From positions 10,416,001-10,480,000 of the forward strand of contig OZ024749.1 of NCBI GenBank assembly GCA_964016885.1: a DNA stretch of 64,000 bases, given 5' to 3'. Below the pieces are notes generated by a model. That model saw only the letters and a list, made by a program, of their open reading frames with translations. It did not search any database and was not told the origin of the DNA. Position numbers and translations under genes: made by a program. The DNA comes from Eledone cirrhosa (taxonomy: Eukaryota). Of the stretch, positions 43,201 to 58,200 are shown piece after piece. Within the stretch, counting starts at the first letter, position 1; every line of letters begins with the position of its first letter.

Positions 43201-46200
43201 TTTTGTTATCTTGGTGATCTAATGTTCTCCATAATGCATTATTCGGCTTTCAAGCAAGCTACAAAACTCTGTTATCTATATATAAATATATATAATCGTT
43301 ATTGAGCCCACTTTGGATTTTAGTCTTCACATTTATTATTACTACTAGCAGAAAAACCACCCTTTGGGTGGTTTTTCTGCTAGCATGTGTAGTGTGTATA
43401 TTGATATTATACACAAATATATATACATGTAAATATGATACATCAAATAAAATCGTAATTGACAATATGCATAGAAACTGAAGAGAGACTGATACACTCT
43501 CTTCTGTAAGTAAAGTAATCCATGGTACATTTAAAAAAGACGATATTACATATAAACTGCATTACAGTGAAATGTAATGAAACCTTATATAACGATGCAA
43601 ATATATGGATGTTTATATAAGCAATGTAATAAGTGTTATGATATAACGGACGCTAACCAGAAGTGTAGACATTTGAAAATTTTAAAAGAAGTGAATCTTA
43701 AAATAAGCAATCATTATATATAAGAATATTTATGTTTAATCAACAGCTACAAAATTTAGTAGATAAATTATGTAATATTCATTTGTTATTTATTCAAAGT
43801 TATCTAAGTTATTTTACTAATGGGATAAAAAAAAATATATTTGGGACGCAGTCCCGCACCCCTCCCTTTATTATAGTTATAATTATATATAGCGGACATT
43901 AAATGATGATGATGATATATATAAAATGAGATATCCAAGGTATATTAAACTTACTTGCAGTCACAGCAGATTTTTTCTACAGATTCCAGGAAATTTTCCT
44001 GAAAAAACAAAAAAACTTAACACAGTAAACCAAATGTTGTGGGGCAGGTAAATAAAGGACCCTTTAGAGGGTGAAAAAAGGACCCTTTAGAAGGGGAACC
44101 AAATGTTGAGGGGCAGGGAAATAAAGGACCCTTTAGAGAGTGAATTAAATGTTGTGGGACAGGAAAATAATCTTTATCTTCTTTAAGACAGAATTAAACG
44201 AAAAAGAAAAAGCCTAGCAGAATACTTCTGGTTAATTTCTTCTTCTTCACTACTATCACCAAGGTGTTAAGTGTCACTCCCTACCACAGCTGAGATATAC
44301 CACCTAGACTGGGGTGTAGAGTCTACCAGTCCCTACTATAGCTGAGATATATCACCTAGACTGGAGTGTAGAGTCTACCAGTCCCTACTATAGCTGAGAT
44401 ATACCACCTAGACTGGGGTGTAGAGTCTACCACTCCCTACCAGAGCTGGGATATATCACCTAGACTGGGGTGTAGAGTCTACCACTCCCTACCACAGCTG
44501 AGATATACCACCTAAACTGGAGTGTAGAGTCTACCACTCCCTACCACAGCTGAGATATATCACCTAGACTGGAGTGTAGAGTCTACCAGTCCCTACTATA
44601 GCTGAGATATACCACCTAGACTGGGGTGTAGTCTACCACTCCCTACCACAGCTGGGATATACCACCTAGACTGGGGTGTAGAGTCTACCACAGCTGAGAT
44701 ATACCACCTAGACTGGGGTGTAGAGTTTACCACTCCCTACCACAGCTGAGATATATCACCTAGACTGGAGTGTAGAGTCTACCAGTCCCTACTATAGCTG
44801 AGATATACCACCTAGACTGGGGTGTAGAGTCTACCAGTCCCTACTATAGCTGAGATATACCACCTAGACTGGGGTGTAGAGTCTACCAGTCCCTACTATA
44901 GCTGAGATATATCACCTAGACTGGGGTGTAGAGTCTACCAGTCCCTACTATAGCTGAGATATACCACCTAGACTGGGGTGTAGAGTCTACCAGTCCCTAC
45001 TATAGCTGAGATATACCACCTAGACTGGGGTGTAGAGTCTACCAGTCCCTACTATAGCTGAGATATATCACCTAGACTGGGGTGTAGAGTCTACCAGTCC
45101 CTACTATAGCTGAGATATACCACCTAGACTGGGGTGTAGAGTCTACCAGTCCCTACTATAGCTGAGATATATCACCTAGACTGGGGTGTAGAGTCTACCA
45201 GTCCCTACTATAGCTGAGATATACCACCTAGACTGGGGTGTAGAGTCTACCAGTCCCTACTATAGCTGAGATATATCACCTAGACTGGGGTGTAGAGTCT
45301 ACCAGTCCCTACTATAGCTGAGATATACCACCTAGACTGGGGTGTAGAGTCTACCAGTCCCTACTATAGCTGAGATATATCACCTAGACTGGGGTGTAGA
45401 GTCTACCAGTCCCTACTATAGCTGAGATATACCACCTAGACTGGGGTGTAGAGTCTACCAGTCCCTACTATAGCTGAGATATATCACCTAGACTGGGGTG
45501 TAGAGTTTACCACTCCCTACCACAGCTGAGATATATCACCTAGACTGGAGTGTAGAGTCTACCAGTCCCTACTATAGCTGAGATATACCACCTAGGCTGG
45601 GGTGTAGAGTCTACCAGTCCCTACTATAGCTGAGATATATCACCTAGACTGGGGTGTAGAGTCTACCAGTCCCTACTATAGCTGAGATATACCACCTAGA
45701 CTGGGGTGTAGAGTCTACCAGTCCCTACTATAGCTGAGATATATCACCTAGACTGGGGTGTAGAGTCTACCACTCCCTACCACAGCTGAGATATACCACC
45801 TAGACTGGAGTGTAGAGTCTACCAGTCCCTACTATAGCTGAGATATACCACCTAGACTGGGGTGTAGAGTCTACCAGTCCCTACTATAGCTGAGATATAC
45901 CACCTAGGCTGGGGTGTAGAGTCTACCACTCCCTACCACAGCTGAGATATATCACCTAGACTGGAGTGTAGAGTCTACCAGTCCCTACTATAGCTGAGAT
46001 ATACCACCTAGACTGGGGTGTAGAGTCTACCACTCCCTACCACAGCTGAGATATATCACCTAGACTGGAGTGTAGAGTCTACCAGTCCCTACTATAGCTG
46101 AGATATATCACCTAGACTGGGGTGTAGAGTTTACCACTCCCTACCACAGCTGAGATATACCACCTAGGCTGGGGTGTAGAGTCTACCAGTCCCTACTATA

Positions 46201-49200
46201 GCTGAGATATATCACCTAGACTGGAGTGTAGAGTCTACCAGTCCCTACTATAGCTGAGATATACCACCTAGACTGGGGTGTAGAGTTTACCACTCCCTAC
46301 CACAGCTGAGATATACCACCTAGGCTGGGGTGTAGAGTCTACCAGTCCCTACTATAGCTGAGATATACCACCTAGGCTGGGGTGTAGAGTCTACCACTCC
46401 CTACCACAGCTGAGATATATCACCTAGACTGGAGTGTAGAGTCTACCAGTCCCTACTATAGCTGAGATATATCACCTAGACTGGGGTGTAGAGTTTACCA
46501 CTCCCTACCACAGCTGAGATATACCACCTAGGCTGGGGTGTAGAGTCTACCAGTCCCTACTATAGCTGAGATATACCACCTAGACTGGGGTGTAGAGTTT
46601 ACCACTCCCTACCACAGCTGAGATATACCACCTAGGCTGGGGTGTAGAGTCTACCAGTCCCTACTATAGCTGAGATATATCACCTAGACTGGAGTGTAGA
46701 GTCTACCAGTCCCTACTATAGCTGAGATATACCACCTAGGCTGGGGTGTAGAGTCTACCACTCCCTACCACAGCTGAGATATATCACCTAGACTGGAGTG
46801 TAGAGTCTACCAGTCCCTACTATAGCTGAGATATACCACCTAGGCTGGGGTGTAGAGTCTACCAGTCCCTACTATAGCTGAGATATACCACCTAGACTGG
46901 GGTGTAGAGTCTACCAGTCCCTACTATAGCTGAGATATACCACCTAGACTGGGGTGTAGAGTCTACCACTCCCTACCACAGCTGAGATATATCACCTAGA
47001 CTGGGGTGTAGAGTCTACCAGTCCCTACTATAGCTGAGATATACCACCTAGACTGGGGTGTAGAGTCTACCAGTCCCTACTATAGCTGAGATATACCACC
47101 TAGACTGGGGTGTAGAGTCTACCAGTCCCTACTATAGCTGATATATACCACCTAGACTGGAGTGTAGAGTCTACCAGTCCCTACTATAGCTGAGATATAC
47201 CACCTAGACTGGAGTGTAGAGTCTACCAGTCCCTACTATAGCTGAGATATACCACCTAGACTGGAGTGTAGAGTCTACCAGTCCCTACTATAGCTGAGAT
47301 ATACCACCTAGACTGGGGTGTAGAGTCTACCAGTCCCTACTATAGCTGAGATATACCACCTAGACTGGAGTGTAGAGTCTACCAGTCCCTACTATAGCTG
47401 AGATATACCACCTAGACTGGAGTGTAGAGTCTACCAGTCCCTACTATAGCTGAGATATACCACCTAGACTGGGGTGTAGAGTCTACCAGTCCCTACTATA
47501 GCTGGGATATACCACCTAGACTGGAGTGTAGAGTCTACCAGTCCCTACTATAGCTGAGATATACCACCTAGACTGGGGTGTAGAGTCTACCAGTCCCTAC
47601 TATAGCTGAGATATACCACCTAGACTGGGGTGTAGAGTCTACCAGTCCCTACTATAGCTGAGATATACCACCTAGACTGGAGTGTAGAGTCTACCAGTCC
47701 CTACTATAGCTGAGATATATCACCTAGACTGGGGTGTAGAGTCTACCACTCCCTACCAGAGCTGAGATATATCACCTAGACTGGAGTGTAGAGTCTACCA
47801 GTCCCTACTATAGCTGAGATATATCACCTAGACTGGGGTGTAGAGTCTACCAGTCCCTACTATAGCTGAGATATACCACCTAGACTGGGGTGTAGAGTCT
47901 ACCAGTCCCTACTATAGCTGAGATATACCACCTAGACTGGGGTGTAGAGTCTACCAGTCCCTACTATAGCTGAGATATACCACCTAGACTGGAGTGTAGA
48001 GTCTACCAGTCCCTACTATAGCTGAGATATATCACCTAGACTGGGGTGTAGAGTCTACCACTCCCTACCAGAGCTGAGATATACCACCTAGACTGGAGTG
48101 TAGAGTCTACCAGTCCCTACTATAGCTGAGATATATCACCTAGACTGGGGTGTAGAGTCTACCAGTCCCTACTATAGCTGAGATATACCACCTAGACTGG
48201 GGTGTAGAGTCTACCACTCCCTACCACAGCTGAGATATATCACCTAGACTGGGGTGTAGAGTCTACCACTCCCTACCACAGCTGAGATATATCACCTAGA
48301 CTGGAGTGTAGAGTCTACCAGTCCCTACTATAGCTGAGATATATCACCTAGACTGGGGTGTAGAGTCTACCACTCCCTACCAGAGCTGAGATATACCACC
48401 TAGACTGGAATGTAGAGTCTACCACTCCCTACCAGAGCTGAGATATACCACCTAAACTGGAGTGTAGAGTCTACCACTCCCTACCACAGCTGAGATATAC
48501 CACCTAGGCTGGAGTGTAGAGTCTACCAGTCCCTACTATAGCTGAGATATATCACCTAGGCTGGGGTGTAGAGTCTACCAGTCCCTACTATAGCTGAGAT
48601 ATATCACCTAGACTGGAGTGTAGAGTCTACCAGTCCCTACTATAGCTGAGATATACCACCTAAACTGGAGTGTAGAGTCTACCAGTCCCTACTATAGCTG
48701 AGATATACCACCTAGACTGGGGTGTAGAGTCTACCACTCCCTACCACAGCTGAGATATACCACCTAGACTGGGGTGTAGAGTCTACCACTCCCTACCACA
48801 GCTGGGATATACCACCTAGACTGGGGTGTAGAGTCTACCAGTCCCTACTATAGCTGAGATATACCACCTAAACTGGAGTGTAGAGTCTACCAGTCCCTAC
48901 TATAGCTGAGATATACCACCTAGACTGGGGTGTAGAGTCTACCACTCCCTACCACAGCTGGGATATACCACCTAGACTGGGGTGTAGAGTCTACCAGTCC
49001 CTACTATAGCTGAGATATACCACCTAAACTGGAGTGTAGAGTCTACCAGTCCCTACCACAGCTGAGATATACCACCTAGGCTGGGGTGTAGAGTCTACCA
49101 GTCCCTACTATAGCTGAGATATATCACCTAGACTGGGGTGTAGAGTCTACCAGTCCCTACTATAGCTGGGATATACCACCTAGACTGGGGTGTAGAGTCT

Positions 49201-52200
49201 ACCAGTCCCTACTATAGCTGAGATATACCACCTAGACTGGGGTGTAGAGTCTACCAGTCCCTACTATAGCTGAGATATACCACCTAGACTGGGGTGTAGA
49301 GTCTACCAGTCCCTACTATAGCTGAGATATATCACCTAGACTGGGGTGTAGAGTCTACCACACCCTACCACAGCTGAGATATATCACCTAGACTGGGGTG
49401 TAGAGTCTACCACTCCCTACCACAGCTGAGATATACCACCTAGGCTGGGGTGTAGAGTCTACCACTCCCTACCACAGCTGAGATATACCACCTAGACTGG
49501 GGTGTAGAGTCTACCACTCCCTACCACAGCTGAGATATACCACCTAGGCTGGGGTGTAGAGGCCCCAACAGCTGAGATATACCACCCAGACTGGGCTGAA
49601 GAGGCTGCCCCCCCCACTTTCCTGTACATTTTTCTTTCTTATTTTATATGCAAACATGATAGAATCCAAATGAAAACCGTTAAAGTTTACAATATTAAAA
49701 TGTGAAATGAGTTGACAAACCTTTCCCTTCCATGTCCTTCCAGATAATCCAGTTAAAAGGGCTTTAAGTAAAATATCTCCACTTGGTGAGCTTAGTTTAG
49801 GTCCTAATGTGGTAGCAATGACGCCAACAGCTCTTGCAGCTTGACTTTTTATCTCCCACTGTTGAGATTCTAAACTTAAACAAAGAAGCTCAGTGATTTC
49901 TTCTAGATATAATTGAATGCATGACTCAGTATCTGAAACGAAAGTAAAGGAGGATAGTAAGAAGTTTTAATCTTTTTATTGATTTCAATTAGTTAATGAC
50001 AAATTATGAGGAATTTACAAAAATGATTGAGCATTTCAGTACTAAGATAGTATACTAATATGCACACACACACATATATATATATATATCTATCTAAGGC
50101 GGGTAAAATTCCCGAGATCCATGGACGAGTTCTCTCCAGCGGTCTCTGTCCCTCCCTCATTATCGCTGCTATGTCCTGCATCTCCAACAGACCAGTGTCT
50201 GTCCTGAGGGCATCAACATACGTTAACCTTGGTCTTCCTCTTCTAGTGTGTCCATGTAGGGGCTCCCAAAGGAGTACTGAGTGCAATGTCAACTCTGGAT
50301 GTCGGTGAGCATGTCCAGCTAACCTCAGTCTCCTCTGTGTCACGTTTGAGCTGACTTTTGGGATGCTCCCATTCAGCTCTGAGTTTTTCATCCTCAGTGT
50401 ATACTGATTAATGTTCAGAGCCATCCTCAGCATTCTCGTGTAGCACCCATCCACCATCTAAGTGAGTTTCTTGGTTAGTGTCCAAGTCTCAGACCCATAC
50501 AGCAGCACAGACTCCACTACAGCAATGAAGAGGCGGATTTTCAGGTCTCTACGAAGGTCCGACTTCCACACCGATCTGGCTTTAGCACCGGCTCAGAGCA
50601 GGAGAGTTAGGGCGAAAAAGGTATCGGATGCTGAATTTGCCGACGACATAGTTTTGGTGACAAATACAGTGAAGGAGGCAGAGGATTTGATGCGGGAGGT
50701 TGGGACTGTGTCGATGAGTGTGGGGCTGAGAATGAATGAGACTAAAACAAAATATCTGGTAGAGAATGTTGAGAAGCCAGAGGGGATCACTAATGTAGGC
50801 GGGAAGCAGCTGGAATTGGTTGAGGACTTCCTGTATTTGGGAGCAAAGATTGGGAATACGGAAGATGATGTGGTTGAGAGGAAGAGCAAGGCCTGGGCGG
50901 CGTGCCACAGCTTGAGATATATATATATATATGAATATATGTATTGTATAATCATCATCATTTAACATCCATCTTCCATGCTAGCATGGGTTGGACGGGT
51001 TTGTCCCACTTGAGACAAGATTGGTTGGGTGACCGTGTCTTGCTCATATAGAACTGTTTCTGGCAGGTTTTCTACAGCTGGATGCCCTTCCTAACGCCAA
51101 CCACATTCACAGCGTGGACTGGGAGCCTTTTTAACGTGTCTCCTACACGACCACTTTACGGTGTGGACTGAGTGCTTTTTGTCATGTCACCAGTGTGGGC
51201 TGGATGTTCTGTGGTACCAACATAACTTTACAGAGTAAGAGTGGTGTAGACGGAAGTGGGAGGATGGAGTGGGGGGTATGGGGTGGAGTGTATATTGGGT
51301 TATGAGGTGCCTACTGACTAGGTTTAAGTTCGTATGTAAGGGAAGACGGGTCTTCTGTACAACTGCAGAGCTCCAAAGATCTCGATCCAGTGACATTGTC
51401 TTACAGAGGTGTAAGTGAGCAAGGTCAGTTTTTAACACCTCGTCCCAGGTTTTTCTCAGTCTACCTACTCCATAACTTCCATCAATTTTGTTCTGCACTT
51501 TTATATACAGTATGTTTATTTAAAACACTTTGAAGGCCTTTTGCTATGAATTTAAGGTAGTGACTATAGTGACATACCTAGCTTCAGCAAAAACAAAGGG
51601 AAATAACCGACGATCGTTTCTCACTATTTAGTCGGTTATTTCCCTTTGTTTTTGCTGAAGCTAGGTGTGTGACTATAGTCGTTACTTTAAATTCATAGCA
51701 AGAGGCCTTTAAAATGTTTTAAAATAAACATTTAGTATATCATAAAATATACAATACATACATTCATATATATATCGCTATTTCAGATCTCCAACACAAA
51801 TTTCTAATTGTTGCTGGGCTGGCAACAGCTATTGTATGTTAATGAGTTTAATCAGCTCATAAACATAATTGGTATTCTATAAGAATCCAGCTACTATAGT
51901 TCACAGGAAGATCAAAGAGACATATAGCCTTGATAACCACTAAACAGTGAGAAACGATCGTCGGTTATTTCCCTTTGTTTTTGCTGAAGCTGGGAATGTG
52001 ACTATAGTTGCTGTCTTAAATTCATAGCAAAAGGCCTTCAAAATGTTTTAAATAAACATACAGTATATTATTTAATATACAATATATATATATATACATA
52101 TATACATCACTATTTCAGAGCTCCAACATACACACACATATATATGTATATATATATGTTAAGTAGAAAAGGTAAAGGAAAGAAGAGTGCTCTATGTATT

Positions 52201-55200
52201 GTACAGAGCTATTTAATTACATAATAAACAACATAATATAATTATTCCATTACCAAAGGTTTCAGGAAATTAGATGATCCTTACAGAAATGTCCAGTTCG
52301 CTCATCAGATGAAATATTTATCTAATAGATAATTATATCAATTATATTGTTGTTTATTATGTAATTATATATATATCATCAACCCATGCAAGCGTGGAAC
52401 ATGGACGTTAAACGATGATGATGATGATGATGATGATCTATATATATATTTATGTATATATAATTAAGGTGTTCGCTCCAACATGGCTGCATGCATACAT
52501 GTATGTAAAGTTTGTATATTAAATAATATACAATATTTTATTTTCATTTTCATTCATCATTTTACGTCCGCTTTTCCCTGCTTGCAAGGGTGGGACGGGA
52601 ACTGATTCTGGCTTGATATCTACAGCTGGATGCCCTTCCTAACACCAACCTCATTTACAGTGAGTGCTGGGTGCTTTTTTTTCCCGTGGCACCTCCACAT
52701 CCACTTTACAGTGTGGGCTGGGTGCTTTTTTGCCGTGGCACCTCCACGACCACTTTGCAGTGGAATGAGATGGACCCCAGTCCCTATCATCTCATTTCTA
52801 CAGCTGAGTAAACTGGAACAATGTGAAATAAAGTGTCTTGTTCAAGGAAACAACACATCACCCGGTCTGAGAATTGAACTCACAACCTTTCGATTGCAAG
52901 GCCAATGCTCTAACCACTAAGCCATGCGCCTCCATATATGTTTATGAATAAACATTTGAAAGCCTTGAACCAAGGTGGTATCTGGCGCCACCTACCAAGT
53001 TCCAGCAGAAGCAAGTCAGTGACAGCTGACCAACTTCATATTGTTGAACCAGGAGTATTTTCAGGTGGTTTGTTATAAAAAGGTTTCACGTGATATAAAA
53101 GACAAAAGCTGTTTTCAATAGAAAGTGTACAATATACAAAAGTAAATATATATATAAATAAGATAATTTAGTAAACCAACCAGGAGCTATTTCAAACCAG
53201 ATTTCATCCCACATGGATAGGTTAGAATCAGAATCTGAAAAATGAAAGATATAGAATTTTATGAATATAAGGTTTTTAGGTGATAGCCTCACAGCCCCTA
53301 TAGCAGGCTTCATGTTAACCATTGCAAGCTTCATAGTCACCATGGGTTTTTTACGGGTTTAATCATAAGGTCTTTTTAAAGGGGCTTAACTTTACAGGCT
53401 ACATGTTAACCATGGAAGTCCTTTTAAGGATTTAGCCTGCAGGTCCTATAGCAGGTTTCAGGTCACCATAGAGTCTTTTTAAGGGGGTTTAGTTTTGCAG
53501 GCCCTATGGCAGGCTTGGTGGTCATCATGAGGTCTTTTTAGAGACAATGTTTTATGATTGGATGCCCTTTTCAGTGCCAACCCTTTGAGTCACATCTTAC
53601 AACAGAGAGATATGGTGTACCTATTCTAAACTAGATATACACATTTAGTTGTGCTGGTAACATGACAAGAGACAGCACCCAATCCACCCGGTAAGGTGGT
53701 TATGTTAATGGCACTTGAGGCTCATAGTCGACTCTGTATAGTGATCATGCTGGTGACACAAAGAGAAAAACCTAGTCTGCTTTATTAGGTGGTTGTGTTA
53801 GTGAGACGAGAAAAAAGGACCCAGTCTACTGTGTAAGGTGGTTGTGTTGGTAACATGAGAAAAAAAGCACCCAGTCCACACTGTAGAAACCAAGCCAAAA
53901 TACAGATCTGTATGAATAAGAACTATGATGAATAGCAGTGGGCTAAGAATCGAGCCCTGATGGACTCCTACCTGAACCTTGGATTCCTTATTAAACTCAC
54001 TTCCTATTCTCACTTTACTGACAGCTCCTCTGTTCATAGCTTGCACTGCTTTCACAAGCCATTCTTCTACACCTAATTTCCTTAAGAGTAACCATATAAT
54101 AGATCAAGGTACTCTGTCAAAGGCCTTCTCTAGATCAACAAAAGCTAAATATAGTGGTATATTTTCAGGGCATCTGTAGTACTTTTCCCAGGCATTAAAC
54201 CAAACCGCATCTATAACTCATTCGGTCACTTTCATAACTTGATCCATTAGTTTTATTCCTCTATAGTTGCTCCTTTCTAGAGCATCACCTTTGTCCTTGT
54301 AGCAATTTATGATTGTACTGCTGCGCGATTCATTGGGTATGACACCGTCCTGTAATACCTGACTGACTATGCAGGTCACTAGTTTGACTCCTACTTCTCC
54401 TGGTGCTTTTAGTATCTCGGCAACTATTTCTGATGGTCCAGTAGCTTTACCATTCTTCATCTTAATGGCTTCTTTGACCCTATAACTGTCCCTCTGTTGG
54501 GTAAGTTAGAGGAAGTCTCTTCTCCCATTCATTCTCTGTATTCATTAGTCTCTCATAGTAATATATAAATATATATATCATCATCATTTATAGATCAATT
54601 TTTTCATGCTAGCATGGGTTAGATGGGTTGTCTCGTTTGAGGCAAGTTGGGTCAGGTGACAAAGAACTGTTTCTGGCTTAGTTTCTACGGTTGGATGCCC
54701 TTCCTAACACCAACCACACTTACAGTGTGGGCTGGGTGCTTTTTGTCATGACACCTACACAACCACTTTACAGTGTGGGCTGGGCGCTTTCTGTCACCTA
54801 CACAACCACCTTACAGTATGGGCTGGAGGCTTCACTAGATGTATACTACAGCCTGTCCTCATGAGATATGTATGGGAGGGTGGAGTGGGGTTGGTGCATA
54901 CTATGTATATGTAAGCTTTAGCTTCAACCTGTATATATAATGTATATATGCTTCAGCTTGTGAACATGGGAAGGCGAGACTTCTGTATTACAGCATAACA
55001 ATAGAGATCTTGGTCCTGTGTCATTGTCTTTGAGAGGTGCAGTTGCGTGAGATCAGCTTTGATCACCTCATCCCAAGTCTTCCATCGGCTTTGAATGCCC
55101 TGCACCTTTTTATACAGCTGTCATCCTTCATATGCATCACATGTCCATACCAGCGCTATCTCCTCTGCTGCACACTGCATCCGATTCCTCTCATGCCTAG

Positions 55201-58200
55201 TTTCTCTCTTAGTTCGTTTATGTTTTGCCATTCACGTATATTACTATTTCACATCCAGAGGAGCACATGCCAGCTTTATTTCTTTCCAATCTATGCAGGT
55301 TTTCTGCACATAGTGCCCAGGTCTTACTACCATGCAACATTGCTATTCATATGCATGTATCATACAATCTGCCTTTCAATTTGAGGTAAAAGCCTTTTGT
55401 AGCTAGCAGTGGTAGTAACTCCTTGAACTTCTTCCATCCCGTTCTTACTCTGGCTACTGTACTTTCAGAACACCCACCTCTGCTGCTAATTCGGTCACCC
55501 AAGTATGAGAAGCTGTCTACTATTTCTACTGAGCCTTCCCAGAATTTGATAGCGCTTGTTTCCTGTGGTCATTTGCTACTTACTGTCCCAGTGCAATGGC
55601 TACATGTAAAACCTACATTCAGCTAAACTACCTGAGATCTCACTACATCTCTTGTGTACCCATAGTTTCCATTTGGGACAGAGGATGGAATTTTTACCTA
55701 TATTCTACCTATATATTCTCTATTCTAAATTCCAATTGTCACTTTTTCTCCTGGGACCAGCACTTGAGATGTTCTCATGTGTCCAACAACACTCAACAGA
55801 CCAACCTATCATAAATAATCTCTGACGATATAAATACAATTTTCAAGATACAAATATTTTGGATGAACATGCTTCATAAATTAAATAACATTCTTACCTT
55901 TGGTTGTGTTTTTAGGTTCATGCATAGCGAAGAAAAGAAAAGGCACGACCAGAATAGCGTGTCTTTTAAGAACATCTGGGCTCCGTTGACTGATGGCATA
56001 CAGTGTGGCCACACAGGCTGTTTGGGCAGATTCATCTAAGGTAACAGAATCTTGGCATTAGTTCATTATTATACTGTTAACAAAGTGTGTAAGTGTGTGT
56101 ATATTTACTCTTTTACCTGTTCCAGCCATCCGGCTGAGACCATGCTGGGGCACCGCATGAATGTCATCATGTGTAAAACCTTCAAAGTCAGTATCACTAC
56201 TTTCACAAGCCATGTTGATAAACACAAAAAATCTGTTGTACTTTCAACGTTAAAAAAACATGTTTCAAGTTGTTTCATTTTATTAAGTAATAATTTTCCC
56301 GGTAAAAGCCTAATCTTGCAGTAATCTCGAATTGACGAGATTTTGATGATGGTATTGTTTATTTTTAGAACGATATTTTACTGAGGGTGGTTTTGGCCGA
56401 TTTGACCAAATAAAGGGGAAATAATTTTGGCCGGTTTTGGCCATTTTGAAAGCTAAAGGGTTAAGGTAAACCCAAGGCTTGGGCCCCATGCTATCTGCCC
56501 ACGACAACAATCCCACTCACATCTCATAACAACAATATGGCACAATTATTTCACCTCAATTGGCCCCGCTCTCTTTAACATTACACCAAAACTCATAAAA
56601 CGGAAACAGACCCCGTCAAGATCAAGAAGTCTTTGGACAAATTCCTTCAAGAAATCCTGAATAAACCTCCTACACCCCGATATGGCTCCATAAACAATAA
56701 CTCTCTACTTGAGTGGGCCATGGTGTCCAAATCCTGATTTGAAAGACTTCGCCAGGTGGTGCTATTAAGTTAGACATGGCCTGGGCCAATACTGGCCGAA
56801 ACCTATCAAAGTTAAGTATATATATATATATATATACACATATATGATGACTGCAAACTCTGCTAAGTGTATTGCAATCGCTTGTCAGATTACAGAAAAT
56901 GTAACAGATCTTGAACAAGCAATGCCTGTGCTTTGAAGGTTTTTTTAAGTGGGGGAAAAAAAAATACATACATACATTATATATATATATACATACATTA
57001 TATATACCTCTAAGTTAGTTGGTTTACCACTGGATAGAACAGGTCATTCCGTATACTTAACTATGATGTATTAGTAGGAAAAGCACTCAACGTTAAGTAA
57101 CTGTTGGTGGTGCAGGAACAGAGTTAATTATTAGTTTGAGATGGTCTATGGAAGCGATAACACCTACTCCATGGCCATCTCCGGATCGATTATTTTCTCT
57201 ATTTTCTCTGCTTATATCTTGTCAGTTTGTGTTTGTCATAATTCCTTTATTGATTAACTAATTATGCAATACACACTTGATGATGTCGCCAGGATTTAAT
57301 GTTGTCTGGCCATTGAAATATATATAGGGATTTTGCAACAATAAAACTTTAAAGGAAATTCCCCAGTCTGGCCTCCTGTCATTTTAATCAAAATAATATA
57401 AACATATATATAAGTGTAAATGAAGCCATCATCATCATCTTCGTTTAATGTCCATTTACCACGCTAGCACGTTAGTATCTATATAATATCAATTATTCAA
57501 ATGCAACATGCAGTTCATAATCAATCAGCTCAAGGTACAATCAGTAGTGATTGGGCCCCAACTCATAGTAATAATGTAGTTTACCTGTGTCAGTAATGGT
57601 GGAGTGGGTAGTGATGTAGTTTACCTGTGTCAGTAATGGTGGAGTAGGTAATAATGTAGTTTACCTGTGTCAGTAATGGTGGAGTAGGTAGTGATGTAGT
57701 TTACCTGTGTCAGTAATGGTGGAGTAGGTAGTGATGTAGTTTACCTGTGTCAGTAATGGTGGAGTAGGTAGTGATGTAGTTTACCTGTGTCAGTAATGGT
57801 GGAGTAGGTAATAATGTAGTTTACCTGTGTCAGTAATGGTGGAGTAGGTAGTGATGTAGTTTACCTGTGTCAGTAATGGTGGAGTGGGTAGTGATGTAGT
57901 TTACCTGTGTCAGTAATGGTGGAGTAGGTAGTGATGTAGTTTACCTGTGTCAGTAATGGTGGAGTGGGTAGTGATGTAGTTTACCTGTGTCAGTAATGGT
58001 GGAGTAGGTAATAATGTAGTTTACCTGTGTCAGTAATGGTGGAGTGGGTAGTGATGTAGTTTACCTGTGTCAGTAATGGTGGAGTGGGTAGTGATGTAGT
58101 TTACCTGTGTCAGTAATGGTGGAGTGGGTAGTGATGTAGTTTACCTGTGTCAGTAATGGTGGAGTGGGTAGTGATGTAGTTTACCTGTGTCAGTAATGGT

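Noticed and set aside
44275-49595. Hammerhead ribozymes in the 52-bp satellite
   Set aside because: Neither strand has CTGANGA together with GAAA.
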